From Phoronis australis (Eukaryota > Animalia > Phoronida): DNA of 53,060 nucleotides. The notes below the pieces were generated by a model. It did not search any database. It had not been told where the DNA came from and was given only the letters and a program-made list of their open reading frames with translations. A program made the position numbers and the translations under genes. The stretch covers positions 9,841 to 62,900 of the forward strand of contig NMRA01000745.1 of assembly GCA_002633005.1 (NCBI GenBank), read 5' to 3'. Below, in pieces: positions 1-13,824 of this stretch (the first letter of the stretch is position 1; the number at the start of each line of letters is the position of its first letter).

Positions 1-96
1 TTTGTTCAATTGCCCCAGACAAATTGTTGATCCCCTTCTGATATCCTAAATCCGCCACTAAATCAATATTAATTCTGACAGTCAAATTGTACTTAC

Positions 97-213
97 CAAT
101 TTCACAACGATTGCCGGAATACCCGGGGCGACAATTGCAGGTAAAGACGCCTTCACGTAGGCCACATGTTCCACCATTAATGCAAAGGTCAGGGTAACAG
201 GGATCAAGGGGTC
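97..213 (-). CDS. Gene B exon: EGF-like domain
   Basis: ttttag|..|gtaagt, phase 1-1; [38 protein letters not shown], canonical 6 Cys. Confidence 0.93.
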
Positions 214-3200
214 CTAAAACATTGTGCATGTCAATCAATGGTTTTGACCTTCAGTAATCATTGAATAAAACTAATTTGCTATTTATTTTCACTCTTAATT
301 AATCATCAGTTCAAGAGAAAAATCACACCAATAAAATGATAACATGTTGTTTCTTTGTTTGACCTCCTTGAGTTGATAATTGGGTTTCTGGTGGAGCAAA
401 GTTAAAATTATACCGTCCTAATATTAGGTAAGCACTGTATACAAGCGGCTATAACTTCGATTGATTCTGTGAAGATAAACTTGAATGTAATCAGTTTTAG
501 GTATCCTGCGGTAGGAGAAGTCAGCCGACAAGCCAATTATCTTATTAAAATGCGTGTGGTGTACTCAATCGCCTATAATAAGCTACTGCTAGACTGTGGA
601 GGGTGTACTCACCCCAGGACACTGGTGTTCTTCATTCAGAAATTGTGAGAGCCCCGTATGCTGTTTATATATGTGACGTTGCGCATTCCACAGTACATAA
701 TTTCATGTATATTTTTCTGATTTACAGCATATGGCTGTGGTGAGTTGTTGCCGAGATATTTGAAAGTTTATGCAAGTTTTATCTTGGCTGGTGCCAAACG
801 TTGTAAGATGACTGTTGACCAGTTTCTTGAGGACGTGTTCATGGACTCGGATTGTGAAGACGAAGTGGAATTGGCACTCGAAAGTGACGGTGACAGTGAG
901 TGGGAAACTAATGCAGCCAGAAGTAACAAAGATTCTATCGATTCGAATCTCAGTGCAATTTTGGAGGAGTTACCGGTCCCTGATGCTGAACTTGGACGGG
1001 CCAACGACGAGGCTTGGCTCACGCCCATCGAGCATAATACAGAGACTCTGAAACATGATGTAACTCACTCAGAACTAGATATTTTTGTGACTTTTTCACA
1101 TAATAGCTTTCTGTCCCCACCCGTGTTTCAAGTTTTTGCACACCAAGGTGAACCTCAAAAGAGACTTTAGCAAGCGACTGCACCAGTCGTAAATTTGTTA
1201 TCCTGCAAAGTTGGGGTACGTTGTAAACTGTACATTCTTGTTTGTAGATGTGATGTTACAGACAATAAATCTGCTTTATTAAACATGCAAGTCCCATGAA
1301 TTCCTTTTTAAAAATGCTTATTACGTTTTTTGAGTGTCAGCTCTGTTCTCATGTGCGAAAACAGATAAAAACAAAGAGTGTCCAGTTTGAAAGTTTATAG
1401 AATTACATGTATTTACACCAAGACTATGGTAAAGATATGTATATGGTGAAAAATCCATTAAATTCTGAACAGCTTTTGTGCAGACTACTTTTATGAGAAG
1501 TTGACATTACCCCTTCAAATTCTCAATTTAAACACAGTGGCGGATCTACGTTTTCAGCAAAGGGGGGTTTAGGATTCCCGCCAAGGTCGAATCCTAGGCG
1601 CCTGGCGCCGAGCGGGGGAGGTCGGGAGGGGGGTTTCCCCTCCCGTGTAAGATATTTTTTGTTTTTGTAGCCAAATAGTGAAATTTCCATGCATCCTGGT
1701 AAGTTTCTGGCACTTAACTTGTCTCTGGAGTTTTTCTTAAGATAATTAAAAACCCTTCTGGATTTCGTCACGTGAACTTGGCACATAAGTTTCGTGAAAC
1801 CATATTGTGCACATCTGGGTATGAGTCACGCCACCAGCAAAAATTTCTGTTGGAACATCTGCTCACACACACCTTTTTTAGCATACGAAAAGTCATGTAC
1901 GAAAAAGTGTGGTGTGTATGCATGGGTTAAGACAATTTCCAAATATTCAAGAGCATAATTAAGGAGCACCGACGGGGCATAAAAACCTGAATATCAGATG
2001 ATCGCATAACAGCAGCCTCAAGTTGTTTAAGAACATAAACCCGTACTGTTAGTCCGGAAATGTCATGTGTTCTGTCTCGTTACGAGAAAAACTGGCGAAC
2101 GATGGTGCTCTCAACTCATAGTCTATTATCAAAAGCGACGATAAATAATTAGGTATCACTTTATTAAGCTGAATCACGTTGACAGCAATTGAAAAACGTC
2201 AAATCTATCAGGAAACAAATCATCTGAAAACAGTTTCACGAAACCGAAACATCCTGTGCACAGTGGTGAAAAGATACACTGGACTAGTTTGCAGAGGGAC
2301 CAGATNNNNNNNNNNNNNNNNNNNNNNNNNNNNNNNNNNNNNNNNNNNNNNNNNNNNNNNNNNNNNNNNNNNNNNNNNNNNNNNNNNNNNNNNNNNNNNN
2401 NNNNNNNACCTATTTGCATCTCTTGCAATTTTCGAAATAAACGTCCCAATGTCTGAACGCTTGAAACCCGAAGTACTAATATCAAATAAATGCCCATGGG
2501 CATGAGCGTTTCATCGGGTGAGCCTTTCTGCGGAAATTCCCAGTATAGAAGACGGCAGTGTGCTTATTGCAGGTAGACAGACGGTAGGTGTTGAGGTCGG
2601 AATTAGGGCTCCTTAGGAGGCCTATTGAAAATCGCACGATTCCCTTAAGACTATGTTGTGAAAGAACATCCTCCCCGCAATTTCTGGTACTGCACACTTT
2701 TCGCGAATGCGGTCACTTTCTCAATGTGGGTGCCCCCTTGGTCATTACTTGTATAGACATAACTTGTTATAGAGTGTGTCTTTAAACGGACTCGCGACCA
2801 GACCACGGCGCCCGCCACAATAGCACTTCTTCGGAAAAAGAATTTTTTTCAAAAATATTATATGTACATGTACACTGTATGATATTGCGCAAGACAACTT
2901 TACTATACATCAGTTACAAACGTGTCGAGTGTAATAGAATGACACGGCATAACAGATGAGGTATAAACGTTGCACGTCAATTTGCCTGAACATCTGGTTT
3001 GCGGCAGCGCAGTATTTCCCCTAATTAAATCAAAACATATCTTAGAGTAAAGAAGCTAGTTACTTAAAGAAATCAGCTATAGAACTACTCTTTCAGCGGT
3101 GAATCCATCTAAAATGCTTGGCTACTTCAGAAGTGTCGACGGAAGCGCGCGCACAATAAATCCCCGCGCATTTTGCCGATGAGCCACAAAGACTCAGCAA

Positions 3201-6200
3201 TGCACAATGCAAAACAACTATATTTTTCAGAGTGAACCCCCCCTCTCAATTTTTTCCAAGTTGGTTTACTTGGGGTTTACACACGCTGGCGGTGCCGTTT
3301 TTGTTTTGCTGGAGACGCTTTTGTTTTTTTTAATTTTTGGGTCCTGGCCCGAGGGGGGTTTGAACCCCCTGAACCCCCCCGTAGATCGGCCACTGAAACA
3401 TGTTATTTCATTAATCTGAGTGACCTTCATAACAGCCCAGAGCATAGCAGCAGTAGTAATCTACTTAGCTCAGCACACAGGGAAAAATGTCTGAATAGAG
3501 GTTTGGCAACAAACGCAATAAGTTAATGAAGTTGCACGCTTCTTTAAAACTATTTGAGTTACTGATCGTGTGAGAAAAATGCGTTTTAGTTAAAGCGGCG
3601 TCACAATGAAAGTTGCAGTGTTTGCGATGAACTGCTGTTGGCGAGTCATTTACTGAACAATGTTAGTTTCTTGATAATTCTGATCATCATCAATCATCAA
3701 GAACGTCATCAAAGTCATCATCATTATCCACATCAACTTAACATTTATTATTGACTGTCACCGTAGCTGTTCCCTCCTGTCATTTTGTCATATCGTTATC
3801 TTCATTGTGGTTGTCGTTGCTTGATTTCCTAAGGTGTCACTCTTTAAGCTGCTTTCGTTGTTTTCCGTTTCAACGGCTGTCATGGGCAAGGTGAGACCAA
3901 CTGATCACCAAAGTCTGCATACTCTTATGCACCCCATCCGTTTGCCAACACTACGTGCTTATATACATGTAAGTTTCATTCCGAGTTAAAGAGAAGGACT
4001 AATCCGGTGGTGTATAACTTTGAGGTCTTTATGAAATGTATGCGCGTCAGTCACTAAATCGTATTTTGGATTTTTCTTCATACACGTAAATGGGTAGCTA
4101 GTGTGACACCAGGTATTGGCTGCTAAAAACGTTTCTTTTCTTCCAAAACACATTGGGTTACCAGTGCTACCGACTAAACAGTTTCATTTTAATACGCTAT
4201 ATGAGAGCCTCCGTCCTGTTACGAACTTCTCTGTAAGATTTGGTTGATGGATGATTTTGTGCAGCAAGCTTCGGTGTACTTGACTTACTAGGACCTACAT
4301 GTCATGTACAATATCAGGAGGGCGGTGGCCGCTTTAATTTAACATTGAAATATGATTGTAAAACTCAGCAAACTCGCAACACTTCCACACCGCTACCCCT
4401 TGTAGTTTGGGGGTCACATTACGATTATTGTTTAGCTCACCTCTCAGGATGGCAATTATTGACGGTTACTAGCAGATGGCAATGAATCCATTCACAACGT
4501 CAAACATGTAGGTCCTTTTCCGCCAGATACGCGGCTCCATAAAAACGTAAAAACGTCAAAGACGCTAATGTTTGTACGAAATCCTTGATAACTTTGCAAT
4601 GAGGTGAAGATAAGATATAGTTCTTGGGTTGGGGCTGCAGTGTCACACTATCGTCGGCGACACAAGTTTTCGTGCAAAATTTTGCCAAGGTTTGACAATG
4701 CACAGGTTCATGTATTGAAAATCACAAATAAGATCACGTAGGCTCCAGTTTGATATTCTGCAACCAGTAGTAATATCAGGTAATGTTATAGTGCCTTTGT
4801 TAACTGGTGCTAACTAGTTTGTAATGTTCCCACACTCCTTATACAACAAAATTATTAAACCAGATTTATTGCCCGATTTAATAGGACATAGAGGTCAACC
4901 CATGCTTTTCCCATGTCCACTCGAAATTGACTTGTTAGACTCGAAGAGTCTAGGGAGTGACTTGTTTTCGTACAGCATACATGTACATATTTACATGGTT
5001 TTGCGCATTTTCGCCAATTTCTGTTGGAGAACAAAACTGCAAATACTACTGAAACGCCTCAACATCTCATTGGAGTATCCTTCATAGACAGATTTACCTG
5101 TACATGCTCCTTCCGCTACCTTGTCCTTGATTTCGATCAACGCGATGAAGTCTTCCACTAAGAAAACGTTTTCGAAGTCGAGACCCATGTACTGAGCTGT
5201 GTAGTTTTCATAGCCGGTGTTATATCCGATACCTAAGATACCCAAAATATAGAACTGAAAAATTGACAACATTAATGTAAGTACGTTACTGCGTGCATTG
5301 CGTTTTTATCACAATAACCAATTACTGTATTGATAGTCCCGTGCCTGTCTCGATTTGCATCAACACGCCTACCTCTACAACTTACCAATCGCGAAGACGT
5401 GGATGTTCTTGCCGTGCAATTTCTTAATTTCGTCTTCTGTGAGACTATAGATTGCGTCAGTCACAAAGACGGCAAGGTGTGGAACCCCCAAGCGTGAGCC
5501 GTTGTCAGTTTTGAAACTATTATCCAAGATGTACCTGTAGAGAAAAGGGTGTCAGTTTTTAGCGCGATTTTGATAACAGTTAGGTGCCAAGGATTCTAAT
5601 TTTAATTTTAACTCATATTTTCAGCTGTTGTATTTAAACAAAGTATTTATGCCAATCTCATGACAGCAATTGACCAAAGCTAGAAATTAGTTTTTTGTTA
5701 GTTTTTTTGTGCCGGGAGGCTGGCCTTTAAGGGGATACTAACCCCCTATTTGATGACTGCCCCAGTCCTTATTCTGTCACCTGCTAATGATTAATTGGCG
5801 TCAATCTCCCAAGTTTGAGGCAGGTACATGTATGCACAAAAAACTCATTCTCCCTATGTCAGATTGGACAATATTGTACTTGGTGGGTGGTATTTTCCCA
5901 ATGCTGTCGTGTAATTGACCTATCGCAAGCTCCCACCCATGGCGAAATGTCGACAAACAAACAATTGTTTTACACGGCAACGTGTTGTTTGTCGGGTAAA
6001 ATGGAAGCTTGCAAACGAAGGTGTGTAGAAAATGCTTCGTTCTGATTGGTCACTCAAGCCGTCACTCAAAGTCCTGGCAATAGGTCAATTGACCTAACGC
6101 AAGATCCGCCCCTTTATGAAATTAACATGATACCCGATAATCAAACAAGATACCAGGGAAGAATACCTATGTACACTGTCGCAACACGGCGTTCACGATG

Positions 6201-9200
6201 GGATTCACGAGTGTTTTCTAGATTACTCAAAAACTCTTAGACAGAGACAAAGAGTCATGCTTCTCAGCAGAGAGTCGTATGTTCATGATGTTAGAATTTG
6301 CAAAGGCGACGATTAAATAATAAGTGTTCGGAGGAAAGTATTTATGAGCCAACGAATGTCTGAAGAATCGTACACAAAACTTTGGTACAGCACTTAATGA
6401 TGCCATACAGCAAATTTTGTCATTCAAAGTACTAACTTTGAAATTAGACCACTTGCTACAAAATTGACATGAATTTGATCTTTAAATAAGAAGAGACAAG
6501 ACAATTAAGCAATTCTCAAAGTACATGTACGGTCTTGCACAATAACCATCTACAGTATCAGTTTTCTACCGTTTCCCAGATGTCGCTTTTGATCCAAGTA
6601 ATGAACAATGCGAATTTAATTTCTTTGCGGAAATATTTATCAATTCAAAAGTTTGTGATGCCAAAAACCAGTTGTGTTGCTCCATTAAGACAAAAGTTAG
6701 ACCCAACTTTTGATGAACTTCAATTTTTTGTAATATCATTGCATAAAGCTAGCTTCTAATCAATTTTAAACGTAGTATGATCACTAAGCTGAGGTATATT
6801 TGCAAAATATGGTTGTTAACAAAAATAACCCAAGTATCATCGTTGAAATACAAAATGAGCTCTCTCCTACTCCACAGGTGACGTGTAAACAAGAGGTTTT
6901 TTCGTGACAACAGTTCAAGATTTGAGTTCAGTGGTCCAGTGACCCTCCTGTGCCAATCAAACATGTCAATTTTGAAGGGAAGTTCAGTTGGACGTCAGCC
7001 TACGGATATATGAGTAACAAGAACACTGTTTCTCACTTTTGTTACGAACCAAAACGATGTCCATTTAATACGAAATGTTCTTAAAACAACAACCCAGGCT
7101 ACGGCTAGTGGCAGTGCTGGGCTCCAGCATGAGCCTAGACAAAATCGGCGCGACGAGTGGAGCTCATGAGTCAAAATCAAATACAGTGTATGCCTACACT
7201 ACAGCAACCAATCTAAACATTCAAACAGAACTTGGGACAATTATATTTATGTTTAGTCTTAGAATAATCATGCAACATTGGCTAGTTGAGGTGATCGGGG
7301 GGCTGTCCACACAGTTGACCCATTGCTTATACCGTTCGAGATCACTTTTTGGCTTGAGGAATGCATAAAAGTGACCGGATTTTCTTTTCGAGCTGTCATA
7401 ATTGCACACGCCACAGACACAGTTTCACCATTCTAATCGCAAATTTTCTTGATCTACAAACTAAAACAAGCCTTTCCCGACAAGGTATTCTTATTCGAGC
7501 AAAATGGCGGCTTGGAAACGTAGACGAAGGTGTGTCAAGAATGCTGCGTTCTGATTGGTCAGTTAAGCCGTCAGTTAAAAGCCTGACGATAAGTCAATAC
7601 ATACAATCGTTTGAAAGGAGTCTTCACATTTTTTCCAAGCTTTTCGGGGTTTCAGAGAAATAGAAGCTAAAATCGCTTTTAGTATATGTTGATAGGCCAA
7701 AACCGAGGTTGGTATCGTTTTAGGCTTTTCTTCTACACCAGAAGTATTGATGTTTTGACATATATTTTCTAGACTTCTTCATCTGTCTAATGCGCGTCTG
7801 CAGTGTCGTGGTGTTTGTGGGGCGTTGTGGCACCTATAAGCTTTCATAAAAAAAAATTTCAACAGAACGCTGCCATACTTGCTTGATCATCTTACAAGAA
7901 TTATTTTTAGGTATACTAAAAATGGTACAAACATGTTCTAGGATAGAGTCTGACCTCCCGTCAATTGGTGACTGGAATTCGAGTGGTTTTCAAAAATACT
8001 AGACAGTCTTCGTTCGATGAACTTTGCCACACTGTCAAACTTGGATAGCCATATTTCCAGAATAACTTAGCCCTTAAGTCGAAGTTTTGATACAATCAAA
8101 CTGGATTTTCATTTGGCGACATTTTGCAGGAGTGAAAAGTGACGTTATTGCTCCTGCATGTACTCACTCGTGCACATAATTTACGATTGGACTGCAGTAA
8201 CCTTTTGCAATTTCGACATCGTCGCTGATAATTAGTCATCTCTGCATATATGGTCAACGCCATCATCACCGCAATTCTGAATGGTTTTGTCTCAATCGGC
8301 ATTATCAACAATCCACCAGTCTAGGGGTATAGTCTATACTTACTGCACGGCTTTCCCTATATCTGTACCACCTTCCGTGTAATTGGCTTCATTCACTTTT
8401 CTAACCATGTCTGCCTTGTTGTTGAAATGGTTCAGATGGAACTGGTTGCACACGTCAAAGTCAAATGTAACCATACCTGAATATTTAACGCAGTGTGTTT
8501 AAAAATACATTACCGTTCGTTTAGTTTTCGCCCCTTTGATGAAAAGCTACCCAGTTCATATTAAGGACTTTAGCAAAAAGATATCTCGGCCATGTTGTCG
8601 TAAAAACTTTAGTGTAACGTTGGAGTATAAGCGCTTTATTGATGACTTTGTGTAAAGCAAGCTGTTTTGTTGAGGTTTTATTTCTCTTGCGATCCAATTA
8701 AAGTTTTTGGATCGCGTTGGCTAACCAAAACTTTCCAAGTTCAGAATACATTCTAAAGGGATATGGTCTGACCTGGCATTACTGAAGTGTAGAGTTGATT
8801 TGTTCATTAAGAAATGCGTTTTTACAGAAATTTTCTGTCGTAGCACATACATGTAGGAAGTGCCAATTGTGTGTTACAACAATATCTCATTCAAGGCATG
8901 CATTCGCTAGCAGACTGTTTGCAAATCATTATTCACATAGGCACGAGCGAGTAGTAATTGAAAACATCACTGTTTATGAAAGACAATTGCATTAATAACT
9001 GGTGGTCCTTTCATGCTTCCCTCCCATTTATGATGTCCTTATATCCTTCTTTCTTCTGCAAAAGTCTTCATTTCTTCCTTTCCTAATTAAATCGAATGGG
9101 TCAAGATGTCATCTTTCAAGATAAGGAGAACACATCTCGCATCATGGGACGAAACTGATAAATTGATAAGCGATGGATATATGGTTTTTGAAAATTTGAA

Positions 9201-10698
9201 ACAATTTTGCGGCATTGACATTCAAAGTTCTTTGATAACTCTAATAAACTAGTGTCAAATTGACTACAAAAGAAGACAAATTTTGAAAATCACAACTCAG
9301 GGTGGCTAAAGATGCAATGTCTCATTACATTGTGAATATGCAAATAAAGTTCTAATTTACAAATAGCCCCTGGATTTTCAGTATGTCCGAAATCATCCGA
9401 GAACCAGTTACCATTACAATCTCGTGAAAGTCTCGATTTGCGAAACTACATTTATGTGAATGAGTACGGTAATGTTTCACCCTTACCCTAATTAAACAAG
9501 GCACAGTTTTAATTAATTGTTTATTTCACTATCAAAGAACGTTTGAGGAATATTTGGAATTACGAGGAGGGTTCTGTCTTGTTCTTAACAGCACCAATTC
9601 GGGGGCAATTCATGTCTAATTTTTTTCTTTCCCTGGTTATACTTGTACACACAGTTTTCCGGGAAGTCACTACTACCAATTACAAAATTCTCTCTTTTAA
9701 TCACACATAGCATATTTAACACAATTTAACTCACTTAAACAGCTGTTCCTTACCAATTCTGACTTTTGCATGCCCCACTTCAAATGAGTTGATGACATCT
9801 ACCACAAAGTTCAGTTGTTTAGACCAGTTTTCATCTCCTATACTGCAGGAAGCGTCAACGACAAAAACAATGTCGGCCTGCTTAAGTGAGCATCCTATGT
9901 GAGATAAATATCCAAAAGGCAACGATTAAACCGTAGAGCACCGTATAGATCGACAGCAATATAACAACAAGGTGGAAATAGGCACTTTTCAAAATTATGA
10001 ACGAAATCTGCCGAAAAACATCCTCCTAATTAATCATGGTGTATATTGCGCAGGTATAGTACTATGATATTAGGACATTTCAAATCGCCAAATTATTTAT
10101 ATCAAAGCGGTTATACATGTGTTTCAAACAATAGAAATGACAGTCCCTACAATAATTATTCTCATTCTCAATACTCGAGGAATATCAATGTTGCACCCAT
10201 TGTGAGTCATTAGATGCATTTTGGGTTCTACTATCTCAAGTTATGACTGGTGGAACTATTGAGGAAAAACACAATGTTTATTAAAATTCTTGCAGCGGAA
10301 ACTATTGAAACATTTACATGTATTGCTTCAGAAAATGTAATTCTGATATTTGCTTTTCAGTGACCACGACTGGACAACGTTAACACTTTCTGTTCTAATT
10401 CAAGTTAATGCTAGAGTTGCTTTCAAAAATAAGGGATGTATTGTATGCATTGTGACAGTACTCGCGATTTCCATCTTTGAAACGATTGACCCTCAGCAAA
10501 GATGACATCAACCATCACCATGTCTCTAAAATGTGAACACTCGAAATGAGTTTTTGTAAATTTAAAGCCTTTAAATTTACAAAAACTCTTTAAAAACAGT
10601 TCCCACCATGACTCAGTGTCTAAAAAGAATTGTGCTGATACATCTTAAAATACGCAATGGCCTTTAGTATACCTGTTGCTAAGAAACAAGTTATAAGT

Positions 10699-10759
<61 letters not shown>

Positions 10760-13700
10760 CTGGTATCGGGGTTGTACGTAATGGGTGGAACACCGTGAGT
10801 CTGGCGGGGCTAACCCACCACTAGATTTTATCTGGCAATGTTCATTCGTGATACCTGGGCTCATGGTGAATGTTTTGCAACTAGTTTCAAGCCGTTACCT
10901 CTTGTATTGATCTAGCTCAATTTTTTACCTTGTTTATAGCCGTCTGGCGGATACTCCCACCACTCAAATCGTCTGGCAGTGACCAGTTTTGATACAGTGG
11001 ATTACGTAGTAGGTATCGAAGGATGATAATTCTGTATAATATGATAAGCAACTGCCACCGCCACCAAGCGATGCAGAATTCAGTGCCATTTTGTTTTATC
11101 ATATGAGATGTCTGTGTATAGTTGATGGTTCATTAATAATAATAAATTCATGTTTGAAACAGTCTTACTATTAACTATTTCACTATATTTTTTCATAACT
11201 AGGTCTCCGGCTCTTCTTATAATCAAATCATAAAATACAATACAGGTACAGTGTAAGTGTCAAACATTATAACGATATGATCTCTTCTTCGCTTGAATGC
11301 GAAATGAACATATTTACATGTCGACCATATAAGATTTTTTTCTTCATACAGTACTCCTGAGTTAGTTGATTTTGTAACAAAAGGACTGTAGGTCATCGTA
11401 GAATGAAATTTATTAACAAAATGATCATGTGACTCGACACATGGCCTCACACACAGAGGGCATAATATTTCTTGTCGGCTAAGTTTCAAGTGTGTTTCAT
11501 TTTCAATCATTTAGTGCATGCACTGATTATCTTAATCTTACCATATCAGATCAAACATTTGCATAGTCAATAACTGTAATCTTAGTAATTTTCAAGCCAT
11601 ATGTTTAAGTAAAAAGTTCTTTAAACGTCCAGTTCATTCCAATTGTTAAAACATTTTTCGCCATTTTTTTCGATCAATTTCTTTGTATCTCTGCTTGTAA
11701 AGTGTTACAGAACTTGTCTCGAAGCCTACAGCCTGACGGCACCATGCTTCTCCAAAACCAAACTGAAATAGCAATTTATCAACATCATGAAACAAACAAA
11801 GATTTTCACCATTTCTCGCCATGTTATTGTGCAATGAAATAAATTTTTGATGCATCAGTTTTTAATAGTTTTCGCCAATATTTCATTATTCTATGAAGCA
11901 AAGAGCAGATGCAACAATTCAGCTAACCCAATGGAAATTTCTTCACCATCACCGGATTATAATTCCTGCTCTAAGTCATTTATAAATATGATAAATTAAA
12001 ATGGTGATATTCGAGAGTATTGTTTAGACCATTCTAACTTTCAAAGAACCCACTAGAGCCCCCATTAATCAATCTTCATCTCGGTCTTACTTTCGGGTAT
12101 ATTGCCTTGAGCGTCCTATACATCTTACCTTGAATGTGATTGTTCTTTAATATAATGCACTTCTATATGCACTTATATAAATAATGTCGAAATCGCCTTT
12201 AAAATCCACGAAAGCACAATAGATTTTTTCTCTTTCTCTTACCAAGTATTAAATTATTAACGTATATCAAGCAAACATGTTATCCACCGTACTATACCTT
12301 TTCCTAAACACAGCTTGACACATGCTTATTACGTTTTTCTTTTGAGACCGTTTTTGAAATCGCTGGGTTAATAGTGTTTTCAAAACATTGACAGGAACTT
12401 GCATGAGACAAATTCCTTCGAAAATTTCAGGAGCTTTTGTCCACTCTTTTTAAAACAGTCATTTTTTAAAATGTAGTTGTATACGTGGAACTGCGAATCT
12501 ACCAAATTTTATCCTGGCGAAGTTCCGTCTTTCGCAATATTGATAGTCTGTATTGTTTCATCTTTTGTGATCTTAGCGTGCAGCTTCCTGACAACATTAG
12601 TATTACTTGAATTGTTATCGTTTGTACTGAGATCTCAACAAACTCATGAAATTCAGTGAACTCCGAATTAATAACAAAATAACGGCCTTCAAACGGAGTG
12701 CTGAACGAATTTATTCATTCCCCCGGCTTAATATTAGTTGTTACACATTTCTTCTCAACATTAAAGTTACTCTATGTTTTTGATTTCAAATTGTTATAAC
12801 GTTTTCTCTTACATGTACACTCTAACCATTTCACTTTTTAACTTTCCGCAATCTCTTCTAACTTGTACCTATAAAGTTCGACTACTGTTTTTTCTAAGTG
12901 TTCCAACACTGGATCTAAAATTACTAACTTAATTTTTGCACCAAAGGACAGTTCTCATTTCCCTACAATCAGCGTCAAACCAACTGAATTATACTGTCAC
13001 TTTGTTTACTTTGGGTTTTAACATGTCGGGTGCACATAATTTAATGGCTTCCGTTCATTCTTCTACCCTTGAATCTGTGGTCGAGGGTAAATGGATCTGT
13101 ACGTCAGTAAGCAAGGGATCCACCTCCAGGCTAGTCATACATGTACCTCGGAAGTTCAACCCCTCATCCCATTTATAAACATCTGTTAACCTCTACCCCA
13201 GTTGTTTTGCGGCGTCTTACAAATGCTAAAAATCAACGGATATGGGGCAGTCGATAAACAGATTTCACCGCTTTCATAGTAGTCCACATTGCACAATATA
13301 TTATGCCTCATTTTGAAATAATCAACAATCCATTATAGGTTACAAATGTTACAATGCCAATGTTGTCATCTCTCGCTAATCCTCCATTCAGTATTCTCAT
13401 CTCATTTCTTTGGCAAACTACATGTATGATTATTCTGTACCAAACTCATTTACCTCACCATAATCTTTTGAGGTCATAAAATTTAGCTCATCTTCTACAT
13501 GTACGTAACCTGTTATGGTTTCACACTTTGAAACAATAAATAGTCTCTGCAATGCGTTTTGGCTAGTAAAATGCGACAAACATTTCGAGAGCGACTCGAT
13601 ATGTTTTTTTTTAATTTTCACTGTGTACAACTCAAAAAAATAACGCCACTCTCACAAACCGATAAAACGAACGACAGCGACATCTATAGAAAGGCTTATA

Positions 13701-13824
13701 ACTAACTAGCAATCTGTCGCATGGCATAACCAACACAATAAAATAGCACTGGATTCATTATTATACCTATTACCTGTACGAGCATTAAAATCCCCATTAT
13801 TAAAAGGTGGTAAGCTCCCTTCAT
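97..13824 (-). CDS. Gene B (3'-partial): signal peptide-vWA-EGF protein, probable paralogue of gene A
   Basis: Exons 13767-13824 (tentative), 9754-9894, 8344-8476, 5386-5534, 5098-5232 and 97-213 join in phase into one open frame. The gene continues off the left edge. Confidence 0.82.
1535..3395. mobile_element. TIR element of the CAGTGGCGGAT family with 5-bp TSD AAACA
   Basis: AAACA|CAGTGGCGGATCTACG … CGTAGATCGGCCACTG|AAACA; contains an N gap. Confidence 0.75.
5098..5232 (-). CDS. Gene B exon: vWA C-terminal part
   Basis: tcttag|..|gtaaat; GIGYNTGYENYTAQYMGLDFENVFLVEDFIALIEIKDKVAEGACT. Confidence 0.88.
5386..5534 (-). CDS. Gene B exon: vWA part 3
   Basis: ctacag|..|gtaagt, phase 2-1; YILDNSFKTDNGSRLGVPHLAVFVTDAIYSLTEDEIKKLHGKNIHVFAI (GxR..P, VTD and VFAIG vWA motifs). 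Confidence 0.92.
5914..6089. mobile_element. Short MITE with ATTGACCTAT termini
   Basis: ATTGACCTATCGC … GCAATAGGTCAAT inverted ends. Confidence 0.65.
6088..7598. mobile_element. Longer related TIR element with THAP-like relic (about 7290-7430, minus strand); possibly ISL2EU/Harbinger-like
   Basis: ATTGACCTAACG … CGATAAGTCAAT ends. Its right subterminal ~70 bp resembles 6017-6089. Relic MVKLC..W../CNYDSS…FYAFLKPKSDLERYKQWVNC. Confidence 0.6.
8344..8476 (-). CDS. Gene B exon: vWA part 2
   Basis: ttcag|..|gtaagt, phase 1-2; GMVTFDFDVCNQFHLNHFNNKADMVRKVNEANYTEGGTDIGKAV (MIDAS Thr in GGT). Confidence 0.92.
9754..9894 (-). CDS. Gene B exon: vWA N-terminal part with MIDAS DxSxS
   Basis: catag|..|gtaagg; CSLKQADIVFVVDASCSIGDENWSKQLNFVVDVINSFEVGHAKVRI. 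Confidence 0.93.
10548..10588. repeat. Perfect 20-bp inverted repeat with 1-nt spacer
   Basis: GAGTTTTTGTAAATTTAAAG-C-CTTTAAATTTACAAAAACTC. Confidence 0.95.
10702..10757. repeat. (AT)n microsatellite
   Basis: Perfect dinucleotide run of about 28 units. Confidence 0.98.
13767..13824 (-). CDS. Candidate first coding exon (signal peptide) of gene B
   Basis: ATG at 13824 gives MKGAYHLLIMGILMLVQVI-G. The 58 nt end at a phase-1 donor (G|gtataa) that joins in frame to the vWA exon (…VIG-CSLKQAD). A competing phase-0 donor (CAG|gtaata) also exists. Confidence 0.5.

Noticed and set aside
10917-11102. Alternative N-terminal exon for gene B
   Set aside because: The donor is phase 0, incompatible with the phase-1 vWA exon, and the peptide is a poorer signal sequence than 13767-13824.
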